A stretch of 61,440 bases of DNA, counting the filler, from Aduncisulcus paluster (Eukaryota): the NCBI GenBank assembly GCA_024181965.1. It is 5 parts of 5 records of this genome, joined end to end, with 100 filler letters (N's around TTAATTAATTAA, not from the genome) between each part and the next. Parts side by side here need not be neighbours in the genome. Positions count along the whole stretch, not along the records: positions 16,417 to 38,283 come from BQXS01013847.1; 4 more parts are not named here. One strand, 5' to 3'. Made by a program: the position numbers and the translations under genes. Below, piece by piece: positions 21,641-36,000 of the stretch. The first letter of the stretch is position 1, and every line of letters starts with the position of its first letter. The notes beneath the pieces are model-generated. The model worked only from the letters and a program-made list of their open reading frames with translations, searched no databases and had not been told where the DNA came from.

Positions 21641-24313
21641 TTATTCTCCACTCCAGATTCGATCATAATTCCTTTCAATGGCCTCGAGTGAATGCTTCTC
21701 TCTGAGATGTTGTTCCCTCCATACAATCGCTCTGTGTTCTCTTTCAGTATTATGAGTAAACATAAGATTATAAACAATACAATACGGATTCCCTCCCTGT
21801 GAAGATACACACGATATGTGACACTCAATCACATCATCAAGGAAGACAGGAAGCACACGCCATGATCGACCTTCAAAAGCTCGATCCCACAGCATATAAT
21901 ACTTCTTGATAACTTCCCCTCCATAAATAGTGAAGTCTATATCGAGATATCGAGGTCTGGATGATCGGGCATCAACAAAAAGCATTAAATATGATACACA
22001 ATGTGGTAATGGAGAAGGTGGAAACACGATATCCATTGAATAGAATATTACTCGATCGACGGCAGAGTCTCCAATCAGAATATTTCTTGGCAAATGCGTC
22101 AATCTCTTGTCCTCTCTTATAAATGCCCCAGATATCAGTTTGGGATTAAGTTTCAGTGTTGAGGATAGCAATTCATCAATTGAATGACCAACATGAAAAT
22201 GGGGATCACCATGTCCTGTGAACATTGATTTTATGAGATTTTCTTTCCTTAACTTTCCTTGATGGATTCGCTCTTTCCTTGTGATAGCTGCAGATTCTGG
22301 ATCCTTCACAAACCTAATCATATATATAGCACCCCACCTATCTGAACTATGAGATATTGGACACACAACATCACAGGAAACAACATTGGGAACATCAATG
22401 GGAAGCACATACCACTCGTAGTTATGCGAGACGATCTTCTTGAAATAAAATGTTTTAACAACTCTAACAGTCGAATCAGAGCTGACACGCACGTGGAATG
22501 TAAACTCAAGAACCATTGGCTGGTAAAGATTTGATAAGCATATATTTATATGATGTAATCTTCTTGGAATAGACGCATTTTGAGGCGGCAAAAAGGCAAG
22601 ATGCATGCAATGTGGAGATACCATGTGTCGATCTGACAACATGTCACAAACACCATTATCAATGTAATTCATCATACATTTAGGAATATCATACGGCATT
22701 AATGAGTAATGGATCAATGGGAGGTAGATCGAACTATCACATGATTCACCATACATGTGTTTAGAGAAGAGAGCACATTGTGGGGAAAAGGATTTCTTCC
22801 ATTGACTCATATTCCGGCGAAAAATCTTTTGTTGGCGTTTTGCTTCATCAGGACCCATAAAAAATCGAATTTGGTGGATCACAAAACTTGGTTGGGAACC
22901 ATTATACTGAATTATACAGGAAACGATATCTGGCTCATTGACAGGTAATTGTAACCATCCAGAACAATATAATTCATCGACAACATGTCACAAACACCAT
23001 TATCAATGTAATTCATCATACATTTAGGAATATCATACGGCATTAATGAGTAATGGATCAATGGGAGGTAGATCGAACTATCACATGATTCACCATACAT
23101 GTGTTTAGAGAAGAGAGCACATTGTGGGGAAAAGGATTTCTTCCATTGACTCATATTCCGGCGAAAAATCTTTTGTTGGCGTTTTGCTTCATCAGGACCC
23201 ATAAAAAATCGAATTTGGTGGATCACAAAACTTGGTTGGGAACCATTATACTGAATTATACAGGAAACGATATCTGGCTCATTGACAGGTAATTGTAACC
23301 ATCCAGAACAATATAATTATCAATGTAATTCATCATACATTTAGGAATATCATACGGCATTAATGAGTAATGGATCAATGGGAGGTAGATCGAACTATCA
23401 CATGATTCACCATACATGTGTTTAGAGAAGAGAGCACATTGTGGGGAAAAGGATTTCTTCCATTGACTCATATTCCGGCGAAAAATCTTTTGTTGGCGTT
23501 TTGCTTCATCAGGACCCATAAAAAATCGAATTTGGTGGATCACAAAACTTGGTTGGGAACCATTATACTGAATTATACAGGAAACGATATCTGGCTCATC
23601 ATCATACATTTAGGAATATCATACGGCATTAATGAGTAATGGATCAATGGGAGGTAGATCGAACTATCACATGATTCACCATACATGTGTTTAGAGAAGA
23701 GAGCACATTGTGGGGAAAAGGATTTCTTCCATTGACTCATATTCCGGCGAAAAATCTTTTGTTGGCGTTTTGCTTCATCAGGACCCATAAAAAATCGAAT
23801 TTGGTGGATCACAAAACTTGGTTGGGAACCATTATACTGAATTATACAGGAAACGATATCTGGCTCATTGACAGGTAATTGTAACCATCCAGAACAATAT
23901 AATTCATCCGAATCATAATCATATGAATATTCAAAATCATGTGAAGCATCTGGAGTCTTTCTCGATATTTTTGGAGGGAGATCATTTTGTAAAGGGAGCG
24001 TAAAATATTTAATGAATTTCATTTTTGATTTGGTAAAAAAGCTTATTTTAAGTATTTCTGGAGTATCTCTGTCATTATGAACACGAATCTTCATACAGGA
24101 CAGAAAATGGGATGTATCGAAACGAATAGCGAAGGGCTTGGCAAACGAAATTGAATTTCTATCCAACAATAATGATACAATGTCTTTATCCGGATTTAGC
24201 TCAATTGAAGATACCATATCGTATTGAATTAACTGTGGATCCGACAGCGGTATTATGTCATGTTCACCTTCATAAAATAGAAATTCAGCATTTAAATTTT
24301 CTTTTTTTGACAT
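21641..24313 (-). CDS. Three-domain member of the beta-sandwich family, interrupted in the assembly by about 1 kb of repeated internal sequence
   Basis: ORFs 23573-24364 (ATG MSKKEN at 24313) and 21641-22882 share identical sequence. The joined protein has three WxxLP[IV]xxx[DN][IV][IV]xC domains. Confidence 0.65.
22667..23900. repeat. Four near-identical ~270-340 bp copies of one coding segment
   Basis: The same ORF text (IRFFMGPDEAKRQQK...) occurs four times with chimeric junctions. Confidence 0.85.
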
Positions 24314-24626
24314 TGATATAATAATAATAATATATATATATATAAAAGATATTCTGTATGTCAAGAAAAAGACAAATTTTATTATTGAACGATTCTATGG
24401 GAAAGTATTGTTCCAAATCACAAAATTAACTTAAAAATATACCGGTTAATTTATTCTATACTAAGAATGATTTCATATTTCCGTGGGACCCGAATAATCG
24501 ATTCAAAAATGCCACTTTAAGTCAGTGACTTCTGATTCACTCTTGAGTATAATTCCAAATATCTACCCCTAACCTTTCACTGGGCGTTTAAAATATTCAT
24601 TCAAATATAACAATAAACAAAAACAA

Positions 24627-27600
24627 TTAAATAAAATCAAATAAGGAAGAGAGGTACTCCTTCTCTTCGTCTGAACAGAACAATTCTCCAACATAATTAC
24701 CATTTCCTGCCAATTGACTAGAGATTGGTGCTAATCCTCTGCATAATGGCACGACAATGTCAAGAAACTTATCCCCATCCTTGAAATTTCCATAATGAGT
24801 CCCAATGGATACAGAATGTAGATTCACCAATTTGAGAAGACATCTTTCCATAATATTAGCTAATTTAACACTAGAGATAACGAATTGCATATTAATATCT
24901 TCCAAAGAATCTAAAGACCGAAAAGTTTCTTCAAATAGTTCACAGACATCATCATGAACAAACACGATACCCAACTCCCACAAATACTGCAAATCAAGCA
25001 CCTTTAATGTTGTAGCATTCAATTTAACCAAAGATAACACTTCCTTTGCCAATCCCAGACAAGATCTGATCTTCTCGTCACTTTCTAATATTGTATTGAT
25101 ATTATCTGCCAAGCACCTACAATAGTTAATTCTTAGTGTTGAGAGATGGATATTCTTTGTTCTAATTTGATCAATAAGGGGAAGAAGAGTACCTTGTTGG
25201 AGCGGACAATTGATAAGATTAAGAATTCTCAGAGTTGCAGGGATATGACCGAGAACATGACGGGTTAATACGGCACATTCAGGAGATCCTTTCAAGCCAC
25301 GCACAGTGAGATGGAGTAAGTTAGGGAATAATTTATCAAGATTATTAAAAAAGTGACATATTCCGGCAACCTTGGAAGGAGAAGATAGGTCGATATTATT
25401 CAATCGAAGGTATTGCATATGGGACAAAGAGGAAAATGCAGATATAATCTGTGTAGAATCAAAGCAGACTGGGGGAGAACATGTAGATTCGCAACAACAC
25501 ATACTTGATGCTTCCGTTGTCTGTGAAAGGGCAAAAGTATGATCAATAAAGTCAGAGAGATTCCTAAGATTTGTGAGATATTCCTCGCTTGTGCTTAACT
25601 TTCCTCGAATGTCAACACTATGATTCTCCCAACATTCCTCATGGATGAAAGATGGTTCCACCGAAGATATAAAATCAAATGAACAATCCTCAAACTCCAT
25701 AGTATTCAGGTATTTGAGCTTAGATATGGATGAGATCATTTGAAACGAAGAAAAAGCTGAAGCTGAAGTTGATTTTTGATGTAAATTTCCAATGTATAAT
25801 TCAACATCATTCAATCGAAGAACAGTACTTCCCAAATCTGCACCATCGGGCTGGTCAACACCAGAGAAGACATATGCAAACTCTGAGGGAGTGAAACCCA
25901 ATTTAATTGTCTCAAGGAAAGGAAAGAACGGTTCTTCAATCAAATAATGTGTTAATGATGCCTTATTAGCAGGAGTGACCAAGGAATCACAGGTTTTGAC
26001 GGGAGAAGTTGAAGATGTTACAATCTGCTTTAGGAACCAGAGTGATTTAGAATCGATTGAATAGTCAATCTCAAGCTGGGACAAGCAATGATAGTTGCAC
26101 AATAACGACCGCAGGAGGAAAGGAAGAGTGTTTGAACCCCACACAGAAATGCCCTCACACATTTCCAAGTTGGAGATTGGGAAGTTAATAATCTTTGAGT
26201 ACAGAATGGGGAATAGCAACATGAATATCTCACTCTTAATACAGTATGTGTCTGAGTCGACGAGAAGGTTATACAGACATGAACGTTCCTCGGGCAACAA
26301 TGGGAATGAGTGCATTGAGTTGATATCAAGAGTTGAAACATCCTCAAGTATCGATGTCACTTCAGGGTTGAGCAGGAAAGCTATCAGAACATCCTCATCC
26401 ACATGGTTGAATGGAGCATATTGATGGTACATTTCCAATGCAACACTATCACAAACGGTCATTTTTTCTTCATCTTTCAGAGCCTCCTTCTTCTCTTTTT
26501 CCAATTCGATCAATTTCATTTGTTGAGCGAAATCTATTTCTTTTTCGAGATCAAGGACTCGTTGAGTTTCTACAAAATACCACTCGAATCATAATCATAT
26601 GAATATTCAAAATCATNNNNNNNNNNNNNNNNNNNNCGGGCAACAATGGGAATGAGTGCATTGAGTTGATATCAAGAGTTGAAACATCCTCAAGTATCGA
26701 TGTCACTTCAGGGTTGAGCAGGAAAGCTATCAGAACATCCTCATCCACATGGTTGAATGGAGCATATTGATGGTACATTTCCAATGCAACACTATCACAA
26801 ACGGTCATTTTTTCTTCATCTTTCAGAGCCTCCTTCTTCTCTTTTTCCAATTCGATCAATTTCATTTGTTGAGCGAAATCTATTTCTTTTTCGAGATCAA
26901 GGACTCGTTGAGTTTCTACAAAATACCACTGTTTCAAGAAGATTAAAACTTTCAGTGTTTTTGGAGAAATTGTATGCAAGAATCTGGACTTGAATTCTTC
27001 TTGTTTCTTCAGAATCTCCAATTCTTTCTCTTTATCCGAAGGGAATTTCTTTGCTATTTGGGAAGATATACAGTCTCTTGCCGACACTCCTTTCCTTCGG
27101 AGAGCATGATACAAGTTAATTTCGATCAAATCACAAGGACTGAGGGTGTGAAGATTTGTAAGCTCAAAGTTAAAAATGTTTTTTGAAATAGATTTAAATT
27201 TCGTAAACATAAAAGGAGAGAGAGAATACACATTTGGATGGGTGCAAATACAATCTGATCGATCGTTGGAAGGAGATGAAGAAAGAATAATTTCCCTGTG
27301 GATATACTTCCTTCGATCATTTTCAATCTTAGAATATTCCAATATGTTCAAAGTCTTAGGACGATAAGCAGATAAAGAGGAATAAACAAGCTCAAAGAGC
27401 ATCGAAGGAAGAGAATTTGGAATGATAACGGCACCAATTTTCTTAAAAGGATGTTTAGGAGAGAAACCACCATTTGTAGGAAAAGTAGAGTGTGATATAT
27501 ACATGGAATTGGAAGATAATTGTACTTTNNNNNNNNNNNNNNNNNNNNAATGTTTTTTGAAATAGATTTAAATTTCGTAAACATAAAAGGAGAGAGAGAA

Positions 27601-28652
27601 TACACATTTGGATGGGTGCAAATACAATCTGATCGATCGTTGGAAGGAGATGAAGAAAGAATAATTTCCCTGTGGATATACTTCCTTCGATCATTTTCAA
27701 TCTTAGAATATTCCAATATGTTCAAAGTCTTAGGACGATAAGCAGATAACGAGGAATAAACAAGCTCAAAGAGCATCGAAGGAAGAGAATTTGGAATGAT
27801 AACGGCACCAATTTTCTTAAAAGGATGTTTAGGAGAGAAACCACCATTTGTAGGAAAAGTAGAGTGTGATATATACATGGAATTGGAAGATAATTGTACT
27901 TTTCGCATCCCAGAAACGAAACCAGCAATGAACACAGCATAATGAAGGGGAAACATTCGATGTTCATTCGGAAATGCAATGTCACAACCCATTGCTTTCA
28001 AAGATGGCTGATAAAATGGCTTGCTTTTCTTTGAATGACCTTGGAAAGGGAGAGCGGGAACAATATCTGTTGATACAGCCATTCTAGCATCCCAAGATAT
28101 CTTTGAAACAACCAATGCACTCTGAACAAGTTTTAAGTATGTTATCCAATCACATACCGTGTCAATTTGTGCAGATTTGGGGAATATTTTGAGTCCAAAA
28201 ATGACTCCATCTCTAGAGAAAGAAAATGAACCAGAATACTTAAAATTAATCGTTATTGTGGCATCGTCCATCGAAGTAGGTGAAATAGATTCTAAACTTT
28301 GCTTTTGAATGTATGTTAGGAACAAGATAAAATCAAGAACCATTGTTAATGGAGGTGCGTGATAAGAACTTGGAAACGGGTATAATCTATTTCCATTATA
28401 ATCATAAGCAGAACAGCAAGGAAAGCAACTACAAGATGAAGGTAGAACAATGCAAGAAATATTCTCCTGGAAGTATTTGTTCTTAACAAGAGGTAATAGA
28501 GCATTAACAAACAATTTTTCTGAAAGAATCAATTTGGATATATCAATAATACCATCGAACAGAGCTGATAAAAAAAAATCACAATATTCACTCTTAAATT
28601 CTTGTGAGAGATCCAAATACAATCTACTTATAATATTTTGATATTCTTCCAT
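24627..28652 (-). CDS. LRR-containing (RNI-like) hypothetical protein split by two N gaps with duplicated flanks
   Basis: ORFs 27348-28652, 26551-27504 and 24627-26519 share identical stretches across gaps 27529-27548 and 26617-26636. C-terminal LxxLxL repeats (LRILNLINCPL, LSTLRINYC, LKVLDLQYL). Confidence 0.7.
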
Positions 28653-28889
28653 AAAAATTTAAAATCGGATCGAGTTAAATATAACGTATTCTTTCTAGAT
28701 GCGCAAAAACAGGTTGTGGAACAATCAAAATAAACCAATGGATTTTTCCGGTTATAGGGGATTCTATAATTGATATTAACAATGTTAACATTAATTTTAT
28801 TTTCAAATACAGTTGTTTGGACTGTGGAGCACTTGTCAAAAATTTTGAAAAGAGAGTGAGCGAATCAATTAATTTTGAAGAAATTCGAA

Positions 28890-29579
28890 ATGGAAAAGTG
28901 TTGTGAATCTGAAACAAAACCGTCAACATCATCATGCCATGGGAGCACACAGTGCAGTATGGATTATCCGTATGGTCATGGTTGTGGCTGTGGGATAACG
29001 AATCCATGTTACTGCTGCTGTTGTTGCTGTATGTGTTGTCCATTTGCTCAATGTTGTCCATTTGCTCAATGTTGTCCATTTTCACCATTTGGAAGTTATG
29101 GTAGCCTCTACAACCCATTCTGTGATCCAACATCTTGTCCCTGTGGACCATTTTGCCAATGTAGTATGTATTGCCCTTGTCGAACGGGGACAGGTCCTTG
29201 TGAACATCATATGAAACATGCGACGGGAGAAATGCCATTCCATATTCACTCCCCACGCCCATGCCATCATGGACCGTTACCAAGACATCCAAGTTATCCA
29301 CACATGTTTCACCCGAGATATCCACATAAATGCCATCAACATTTCCATCAAGAATGTCCAACAATGGAACATCAAAAACACAAGATGTTCAATGGAATTG
29401 CTTTCTCCGCATTTGGAAAATGTATTGAGGGGGATTGCCCAGCGGATGAGATAAAAAAGTTATTCGAAATGTCCAAAAAGTGTCCAGAAGCCCAAAAGCG
29501 GGTCAAAAACATTTCAAATTTCTGTGAAGGATTTTTGAAGTTTAAGATTCTGAATGAAAAAGAAGAGCAAAAAGAATAA
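28890..29579 (+). CDS. Cys/His/Pro-rich protein
   Basis: ATG at 28890 after an A-rich leader. Contains CYCCCCCCMCC, repeated CCPFAQ, a His/Pro-rich middle and a short helical C-terminus. Confidence 0.75.
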   Translation: MEKCCESETKPSTSSCHGSTQCSMDYPYGHGCGCGITNPCYCCCCCCMCCPFAQCCPFAQCCPFSPFGSYGSLYNPFCDPTSCPCGPFCQCSMYCPCRTGTGPCEHHMKHATGEMPFHIHSPRPCHHGPLPRHPSYPHMFHPRYPHKCHQHFHQECPTMEHQKHKMFNGIAFSAFGKCIEGDCPADEIKKLFEMSKKCPEAQKRVKNISNFCEGFLKFKILNEKEEQKE

Positions 29580-30009
29580 ATATTTCACATCCAAAATATT
29601 ACTAATTATGGAAAACAAATGTAATACACGACCAACCAAGCACAGAGTCCAAGGGATATCCACACTGATATATTATTGGGAATTATTTTGGTCAATGTGA
29701 TTTACTAGATATTTTATTTTTCATTTATCTTCTATTTCTATCATTACTTCGATTGCAGCACTCTTCATCAAATTATTTCGTTACTTACTGATTTTAGAAA
29801 TATTTAAACATAAAATTTCTCATCAATATATTTCTAAAAATAAGTTAAATCCAATTTTATACCATTTACGTTTTCTCCCGATCACTCAGAGTGTTTTTTA
29901 AAATTTTTTTTCGAATACTCCTAACAACTACATTTATTTTATTATTTTCGTTTATTTTATTTTCAATATCGAATAACGTTTTGTATTATATCGTATTATA
30001 TTAAAAAAT

Positions 30010-33000
30010 ATGCCTCAAGAATTCAAGAAAAAACTATTTCGTCATAAGAAGAAACCAGACAAAAAAAAGACAGTTAAAAATGTTAAACTTCTCCCTATGG
30101 GGGAAGAAGGTATTCCTTTGACACCTATGGCCGCTGTTATGTCCCTTGAAGATATCTCACAATCATTTGCTGGTCTTGATTCTTCTTTTCCCCAATCTCA
30201 TATTCCTGACATGGATAGTGTCGTGTTACGTCGCGATAAAAGTTCTTCATCAACTCATGAAGTAGATCCTTCGACTACGACTCACAATGATGATATTCTT
30301 CCTTTGTCTTATCTCACTCTTCTGGAAGAAGAAACACAAGGAAGCGATGATCACGGTACCTTAGGATTCATCGATGAGAAAGATGAGATTCCTGATGATC
30401 ATAAGCCCATTCGGGAAGATTCTTCCACCAATCAAAATTCCTTCTCTGATGTTGATAGGGGTATGAACCCTCAGCGTGAAGTTAGCGATGATGTAGACGA
30501 TGTAAATCCAACCCATCCTCCCACTATGTCTGCCGTTGATCCTAGACATCCATCGAAGGCTCTGCCTCCAACTATCATGGAGCATTTTCAAAAAGATGAT
30601 TCCTCATTTAGGGAAGAAAATGTTCCCAAAACACATGTCATGGCCGAAACCTTTGACATTAAGCGTGTTCAGGTTGCCCCATTGGATGATTTAGAGAGTC
30701 TTCAGCAACATCCAGACAAACCATCTGTCGCCACGACTGAGAATGAACAACCCACTGACTCATCTCTTGTCACCCCACGTGCTGTTGCCGATCAAGTACC
30801 TGCTGTTGAACAGGTACTTGATTATGTTGAGACCAGTGACCTCCAGCCCCGAACGAACAGTGAGCTTCAAACCGTGACTAATCCCTTCGATCAACAACAG
30901 TCTCAGCTTCCTATGCCTGCTGTTCAACCTCCTGTTGGAAAGTCTTCTCAGAATCTCGCTTCAATCGCCCAGCATCAAGCCATGAATGCTGGTGAAGATG
31001 GCCAAGACAGCTTTCAAGGATCTGACGGGAGGATGAGTTCGAATAAGCTTGGCAGATCCGAGTCTCGTGCTTCGAAAAAGAAACGAAGAAAGCGTCGTAA
31101 GTCTCTCACTGAACAGTTAAGATTCCTTGGAGAGATCGATGACCTCCCATTTGCTTATGCTCGTCCTGAAGATCCTTCTTGTACTTGCCAACTTGCCTTT
31201 AATATCTCCATGATATTCTGTAATATTATTCTTTTTGCTTGTGTTATATACCTTCTCATTTTCAAATTTCAACAATATGATTCGATTATATCTGCGAACA
31301 GCATTGGTTCGCCTTCTGATTCAATTGACAATGCATATTTCAACTCTGAGGTTGTCGGCACTCAAGTCGTACTCGGAGATGCGGCCATCCAAGGTGATCT
31401 CGTCACATCTGGGTTGGCTGTTTTGGAGGGAGGAATCGTTGCTTCTGTCTCATCGTTACCGTCTGTGGCCGAAATTACCGCCGCGTTCTCACAACTGGAA
31501 AATGTTGAAGCAACCCTTGAGAATGCCGGAATTTCAATCAATGATGATAATTCGATGGGTGCTCGTATCCGTGGTTTAAATGCCTCTCTTCAACAACTCT
31601 TAGAAGTTGCTCGAGACTCTTCTTCCTCCTCTCAGTCTTCAATCTCTGAGAAAGATTCCATTGTTTCCTCAAATTCCTCATCCTCCCTGACTGTTGGTGC
31701 CATGGAGACTTCCGATTCCATCATGTATCTTGGCCAAGGTTCCACGACCTCTGAGGTTACCTTTGGAGTCGATAATGCTGTGTGGACTGCTTCATCTGAC
31801 AAACTAGTGATTAATGTCCCCACTGAAGCTCCAGATATTCTTGTGAATAATACATTCTCTGTTCTTCAGGATGGGAATGAGATCCCCGTCTTTGAGGTCA
31901 GCTCTGATGGGCGTGTTCTTCACGATGGAGTTGAGATCCCTAACAATTCCACTTGGAATGGAACTTCCATCACTTTTGGGTACAGTGGAGAAGAAGTAGT
32001 TCTCTCTGCAACCGAAACTGGAGCTTTTACGGTTAGTAAGCCCATTTCTTTGATGTCCCCAGATGAGTCCGCCAGTGGAGAAATCAGCTTCGATGGCGAG
32101 AAGTTTGTGTTCGATCCCGCTGTGCAGGTAAGTTTCGCGTATGACCCAAGTGATACCCTGAGCTTTGGTACTCTTGGAGGTGCTCTAGTGCTTGAAAACA
32201 CAACAGATTATTTTGTTGTCAACAAACCAATCTCAATCTCATCTGTTCTCATTGACGACCTCATATCCCTCGAGAAAACCGATGAAGGAGATCTCAGTAT
32301 TAATCGAGCCACTGTCCTTGCTGACTCTCTGACTGTCTCGTCAGGTGGTGTGACTGTGACTGGTGACTCTGAGATATTGGGGTCTCTCGGTATCGATGGG
32401 GATCTTAGTACAACTGGAGAGTTTGTGATTGGAACAATATCTCTGAACGATTCAGACGGAACATTGACCATTGATAAAGCGACAACCATTTCAAGTGGGA
32501 TATTTAGTGTCTCTTCTGGTTCTGTGATCATTGGTTCCGATTCTAATGCTGTTTCTATTTCATCTGATAGTTCTGGAACCTTACATGTGGATAACGATGT
32601 GGCCATTGAAAGTGGGGTTCTTAATCTTGGAGATTCCACTCTCACGTACGATGAGACACTTAATGCTGTCAAGATAAGCACTGATACGTATGTGAATGGC
32701 ATCAGCTTTACCAAGGATGGTGATTCTGGGGCCATTATTATTGGTGCTTCCACCGATATCGATGGAGACTTGACTGTAAATGGATCTGTTGGAGTTAATG
32801 GAACACAATTGGCTGGGAGTGTTGATACTGACTTATACAACCTTTTGACTGTTAGTGGTAACATCAAGGCAAGCAACAATATTACTGCTACTGGTGGAGT
32901 TCTCAAGTTCAAGGGAGCTTCGTTGACCCATATTGCTGGTCAGAGTTATGTGACCCTTGACAAAAACCTTAAAATCATCAACACCCTCCTCTCTTCCTCT

Positions 33001-36000
33001 GCTGATGGAAGCCTTAGCTTGAGTGGGAAGATCTCAGTTCAAAGTCTCAATGTTAATGAAGATGTCTCAATTGGAACCTCAACAATCATTGGAGATGACC
33101 TTACCGTTGGCGGAAAGTTATCCGTAACAACTGGGCCGATGGTTCTCGATTCAATTCAGTTCAGTGATACCAACTCTGTTCTTGGTATATCCAAATCGGT
33201 GAATATCGCTGGTACATCACTGACTTTGAGCTCCATCACCGTGTCCGATTCATCTGGTGTTCTTGCCTTGACCACTGGAAGCGTATCCCTTGATGGTATC
33301 TCCCTTGATAAAGATTCCTCCACGGGAAACTTTGTGGTTGGAGTTTCAACTGACATTGATGGCAATTTGAATGTTGTCGGTACGTTGAACATTAATGATG
33401 TCGTCCTAATGGGAACGGCTGACGGTGTTCTTAATGAACTCTCTCTTAATGGTGGACTCGTTATCAATGATACATTGGTCGTGAACCGTAATGGTATCGA
33501 TGTCACTGGAGACAGTACAATCTCTGGGACTTTTGATGTTATCGGTGATACTTCGATCACAGGCGATCTTGTTGCTACTGGGAACATCACTGCAGAAAGT
33601 GGAGTCCTGACCTTCAACGATGCCATCCTGTCCCATACCGACTCTGACACATATGTGAGTTTGAACAAGGACCTCTATATCGAAGATACTCTTCTTGAGA
33701 ACAATGATACTGATGGGTTCAAAATCCACAATAATCTTGTGACAACAGGTGGACTCACAGTTAGCAGTCTTGGAATGGATATTACCGGCGATTCTTCGAT
33801 CACAGGCGATCTTGTTGCTACTGGCAATATCACCTCTGAGAATGGTATCATTACCTTCCATGGGGCTTCAATAACGCACTCTGGCACCAACACTTATGTT
33901 ACCCTTGACAAGGATCTCTATATCGAAGATACTCTTCTTGAAAACAATGATACTGATGGTTTCAAGATCTATAATAATCTTGTGACAACTGGTAGTCTAA
34001 CCGTTAATAGCCTTGGAATGGATGTTACCGGCGATTCTTCGATTACCGGCGATCTCGACGTAACTGGTTCAATCGGTATCAACACTGTGACGCTCTCTGA
34101 TGAGTCTGGTGTATTGACAAGCGATAAGGATCTGACCATCCAAGGATCAAACTTACGTTGATTCTCTTATTCTGTCTGATGTTGCTGGAACTCTTGATAT
34201 TAGTACCGATGTTGACATTTCAGGCGATCTTGTTGCTACTGGGAATATCACCTCTGAGAATGGTATCATTACCTTCCATGGGGCTTCAATAACGCACTCT
34301 GGCACCAACACTTATGTTACCCTTGACAAGGATCTCTATATCGAAGATACTCTTCTTGAAAACAATGATACTGATGGTTTCAAGATCTATAATAATCTTG
34401 TGACAACTGGTAGTCTAACCGTTAATAGCCTTGGAATGGATGTTACCGGCGATTCTTCGATTACCGGCGATCTCGACGTAACTGGTTCAATCGGTATCAA
34501 CACTGTGACGCTCTCTGATGAGTCTGGTGTATTGACAAGCGATAAGGATCTGACCATCCAAGGAACCGAACTTACGTTGAGTTCGATCCTGTCTGATGTT
34601 GCTGGAACTCTTGATATTAGTACCGATGTTGACATCACAGGCGATCTTGTTGCTACTGGCAATATCACCTCTGAGAATGGTATCATTACCTTCCATGGGG
34701 CTTCAATAACGCACTCTGGCACCAACACTTATGTTACCCTTGACAAGGATCTCTATATCGAAGATACTCTTCTTGAAAACAATGATACTGATGGTTTCAA
34801 GATCTATAATAATCTTGTGACAACTGGTAGTCTAACCGTTAATAGCCTTGGAATGGATGTTACCGGCGATTCTTCGATTACCGGCGATCTCGACGTAACT
34901 GGTTCAATCGGTATCAACACTGTGACGCTCTCTGATGAGTCTGGTGTATTGACAAGCGATAAGGATCTGACCATCCAAGGAACCGAACTTACGTTGAGTT
35001 CGATCCTTATTTCTGATAACGGTGGTTCTCTTGACATTAACACAAGTGTTAATATTGATGGTGATTTTGTTGCTACCGGTGATATCACATCTGAGAATGG
35101 TATTATTACCTTCCATGGAGCCTCATTATTGCACTCTGGCACCAACACTTATGTTACCCTTGACAAGGATCTCTATATCGAAGATACTCTTCTTGAAAAC
35201 AATGATACTGATGGTTTCAAGATCTATAATAATCTTGTGACAACAGGTGGACTCACAGTTAGCAGTCTTGGAATGGATATTACCGGCGATTCTTCGATCA
35301 CAGGCGATCTTGTTGCTACTGGCAATATCACCTCTGAGAATGGTATCATTACCTTCCATGGGGCTTCAATAACGCACTCTGGCACCAACACTTATGTTAC
35401 CCTTGACAAGGATCTCTATATCGAAGATACTCTTCTTGAAAACAATGATACTGATGGGTTCAAAATCCACAATAATCTTGTGACAACAGGTGGACTCACA
35501 GTTAGCAGTCTTGGAATGGATATTACCGGCGATTCTTCGATCACAGGCGATCTTGTTGCTACTGGCAATATCACCTCTGAGAATGGTATCATTACCTTCC
35601 ATGGGGCTTCAATAACGCACTCTGGCACCAACACTTATGTTACCCTTGAACAAGGACCTCTATATCGAAGATACTCTTCTTGAGAACAATGATACTGATG
35701 GGTTCAAAATCCACAATAATCTTGTGACAACAGGTGGACTCACAGTTAGCAGTCTTGGAATGGATATTACCGGCGATTCTTCGATCACAGGCGATCTTGT
35801 TGCTACTGGCAATATCACCTCTGAGAATGGTATCATTACCTTCCATGGGGCTTCAATAACGCACTCTGGCACCAACACTTATGTGAGTTTGAACAAGGAC
35901 CTCTATATCGAAGATACTCTTCTTGAGAACAATGATACTGATGGGTTCAAAATCCACAATAATCTTGTGACAACAGGTGGACTCACAGTTAGCAGTCTTG

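Noticed and set aside
22667..23900. Repeat array as CRISPR-like or as separate small genes
   Set aside because: The units are long identical pieces of one CDS with no repeat-spacer structure.
28675..29364. 229-aa antisense ORF over the Cys-rich gene, and the many short antisense ORFs inside long genes
   Set aside because: These are shadows of repetitive or biased codon usage with no recognisable motifs.
34141..35660. Frameshifts at ~34150 and ~35648 as programmed frameshifting or phase variation
   Set aside because: Both sites are hybrids of two repeat variants (e.g. acccttgacaaggat and gtttgaacaaggac), typical of consensus errors in collapsed repeats.
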